Below, one piece after another: positions 33,754-34,611 of a DNA stretch of 34,611 bases. Origin of the DNA: Eubacteriales bacterium (lineage in GTDB: Bacteria > Bacillota > Clostridia > Oscillospirales > CAG-272); assembly GCA_045613265.1 (NCBI GenBank), contig JAZLAP010000145.1:1-34611 (forward strand), in the 5' to 3' direction. The translations under genes and the position numbers were made by a program. Below the pieces are notes generated by a model, which saw nothing but the letters and a program-made list of their open reading frames with translations, ran no database searches and had not been told where the DNA came from. The number at the start of each line of letters is the position of its first letter. Positions within the stretch are counted from its first letter, which is position 1.

Positions 33754-34290
33754 CTACCGCTTTCTTCGCACATGATATTTGAAAATAGAAACAACGTTGG
33801 CACTGAATTCAAATACGTAGGAGAGCGTCGTAAAGATCGCCGCATCGGTCAACAGATTGAACAAAACCGAAAGCAGCGTCGGCAAAAGCATCAGAAAACG
33901 CACGGTTTTCAGATTGCGTATTCGGAAAATGAAGGCATATGCAACAAGGCCCACAAGAAAAAGCAGATCAAGCGGCTGCGCAGTCTTGAGAATCATAAGA
34001 TTCACAACGAGATAGGCACCGATCGATAACCCCGAGAAAAGAACCGACCATAGGATCGGTGCTTTTTTTCCCTTCTGCTCATACAGAAAAAACGTAACGG
34101 TACGTAACGCGCCGATCAGAAGCCCCACCATCGCAAAGAACTGCACCGTAAAAAAATACGACGTGATCAGAAACAGAATGCAAAGCAACTGAAACAGAAG
34201 ATAATGTTCCTTCTTCTTTGAAAAATAGGACACCGTCACAAACGACATCGCAATAAAGCTTGCAACCAAAGCAAGAACTCTGTTGTCCAT
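33754..34290 (-). CDS. Multi-pass inner-membrane protein, YgjV-like
   Basis: 178 aa, about 6 TM; SYFSKKKEHYLLFQ and RNLKTVRFL repeated-half pattern; RBS AAAGGA. Confidence 0.65.
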   Translation of the reverse strand: MDNRVLALVASFIAMSFVTVSYFSKKKEHYLLFQLLCILFLITSYFFTVQFFAMVGLLIGALRTVTFFLYEQKGKKAPILWSVLFSGLSIGAYLVVNLMILKTAQPLDLLFLVGLVAYAFIFRIRNLKTVRFLMLLPTLLSVLFNLLTDAAIFTTLSYVFEFSANVVSIFKYHVRRKR

Positions 34291-34570
34291 AAAAAATTCC
34301 TTTCAGAAACAGATAGCCGAGAAAATTATAGCACAAGAGAAGCAAAAAAGCAAGGGGCTGACGCAAATGCGAAAATCGGCGAAAATTGTTAAATCATTCG
34401 CTTTGGCACCGTGGCGTGTGCTTGTCTTGATACGTGGGAATCCGACTTCCTTCGGCATTGGCGGAATCTGCCGTGCCGACTGTGAGAAAGCGGGAATTTC
34501 ATCTAAGATGAATATACCCGCACCCTGCGCGTTGAAAGCAAGCTTTCAGATTTTCGGGTGGGGTATGCGA

Positions 34571-34605
34571 ACCAAGCACCGAGCGCAAAGCGCTCGGTGC
34601 TTGGT
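34571..34605. repeat. Perfect 16-bp-stem palindrome at the window end
   Basis: ACCAAGCACCGAGCGC-aaa-GCGCTCGGTGCTTGGT; no flanking U-tract. Confidence 0.7.
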
Positions 34606-34611
34606 CAATGA

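Noticed and set aside
1-34611. CRISPR array, IS/transposase, prophage, rRNA or tRNA
   Set aside because: No regularly spaced repeat-spacer run, and no recombinase, transposase, phage or stable-RNA signature seen.

Overview
Mostly core-metabolic chromosome of a spore-forming Bacillota (Clostridia-like; inferred from sigmaA-type promoters, strong GGAGG RBSs and a spoVM-like gene). No transposase, integrase, CRISPR array, tRNA or rRNA was seen. Left to right: partial formyltransferase, aminotransferase + Lrp pair, small membrane protein + spoVM-like gene (both absent from the ORF track), glgB, a four-gene Na+-pumping oxaloacetate decarboxylase operon, AraC divergent from a 742-aa protein with three QueG/reductive-dehalogenase-like units, YgjP/M48-like protein, a ~1744-aa secreted His/Cys-repeat protein, DtxR/MntR regulator, cation:proton antiporter, malQ, rsmG, pgk-tpiA, M29 aminopeptidase, SGNH hydrolase, polar amino-acid ABC transporter, Na+/proline symporter and two membrane proteins. 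Best candidates for new biology: (1) the giant secreted protein, built from ~36 putative metal-binding modules in a 7-module super-repeat, preceded by an unannotated 12-codon leader ORF ending Arg-Pro-Pro-stop; (2) the AraC / 278-nt self-paired leader / triple QueG-like module, bracketed by near-identical hairpins; (3) an apparently circularly permuted amino-acid-binding lipoprotein. All family assignments are by motif recognition; no database search was run.
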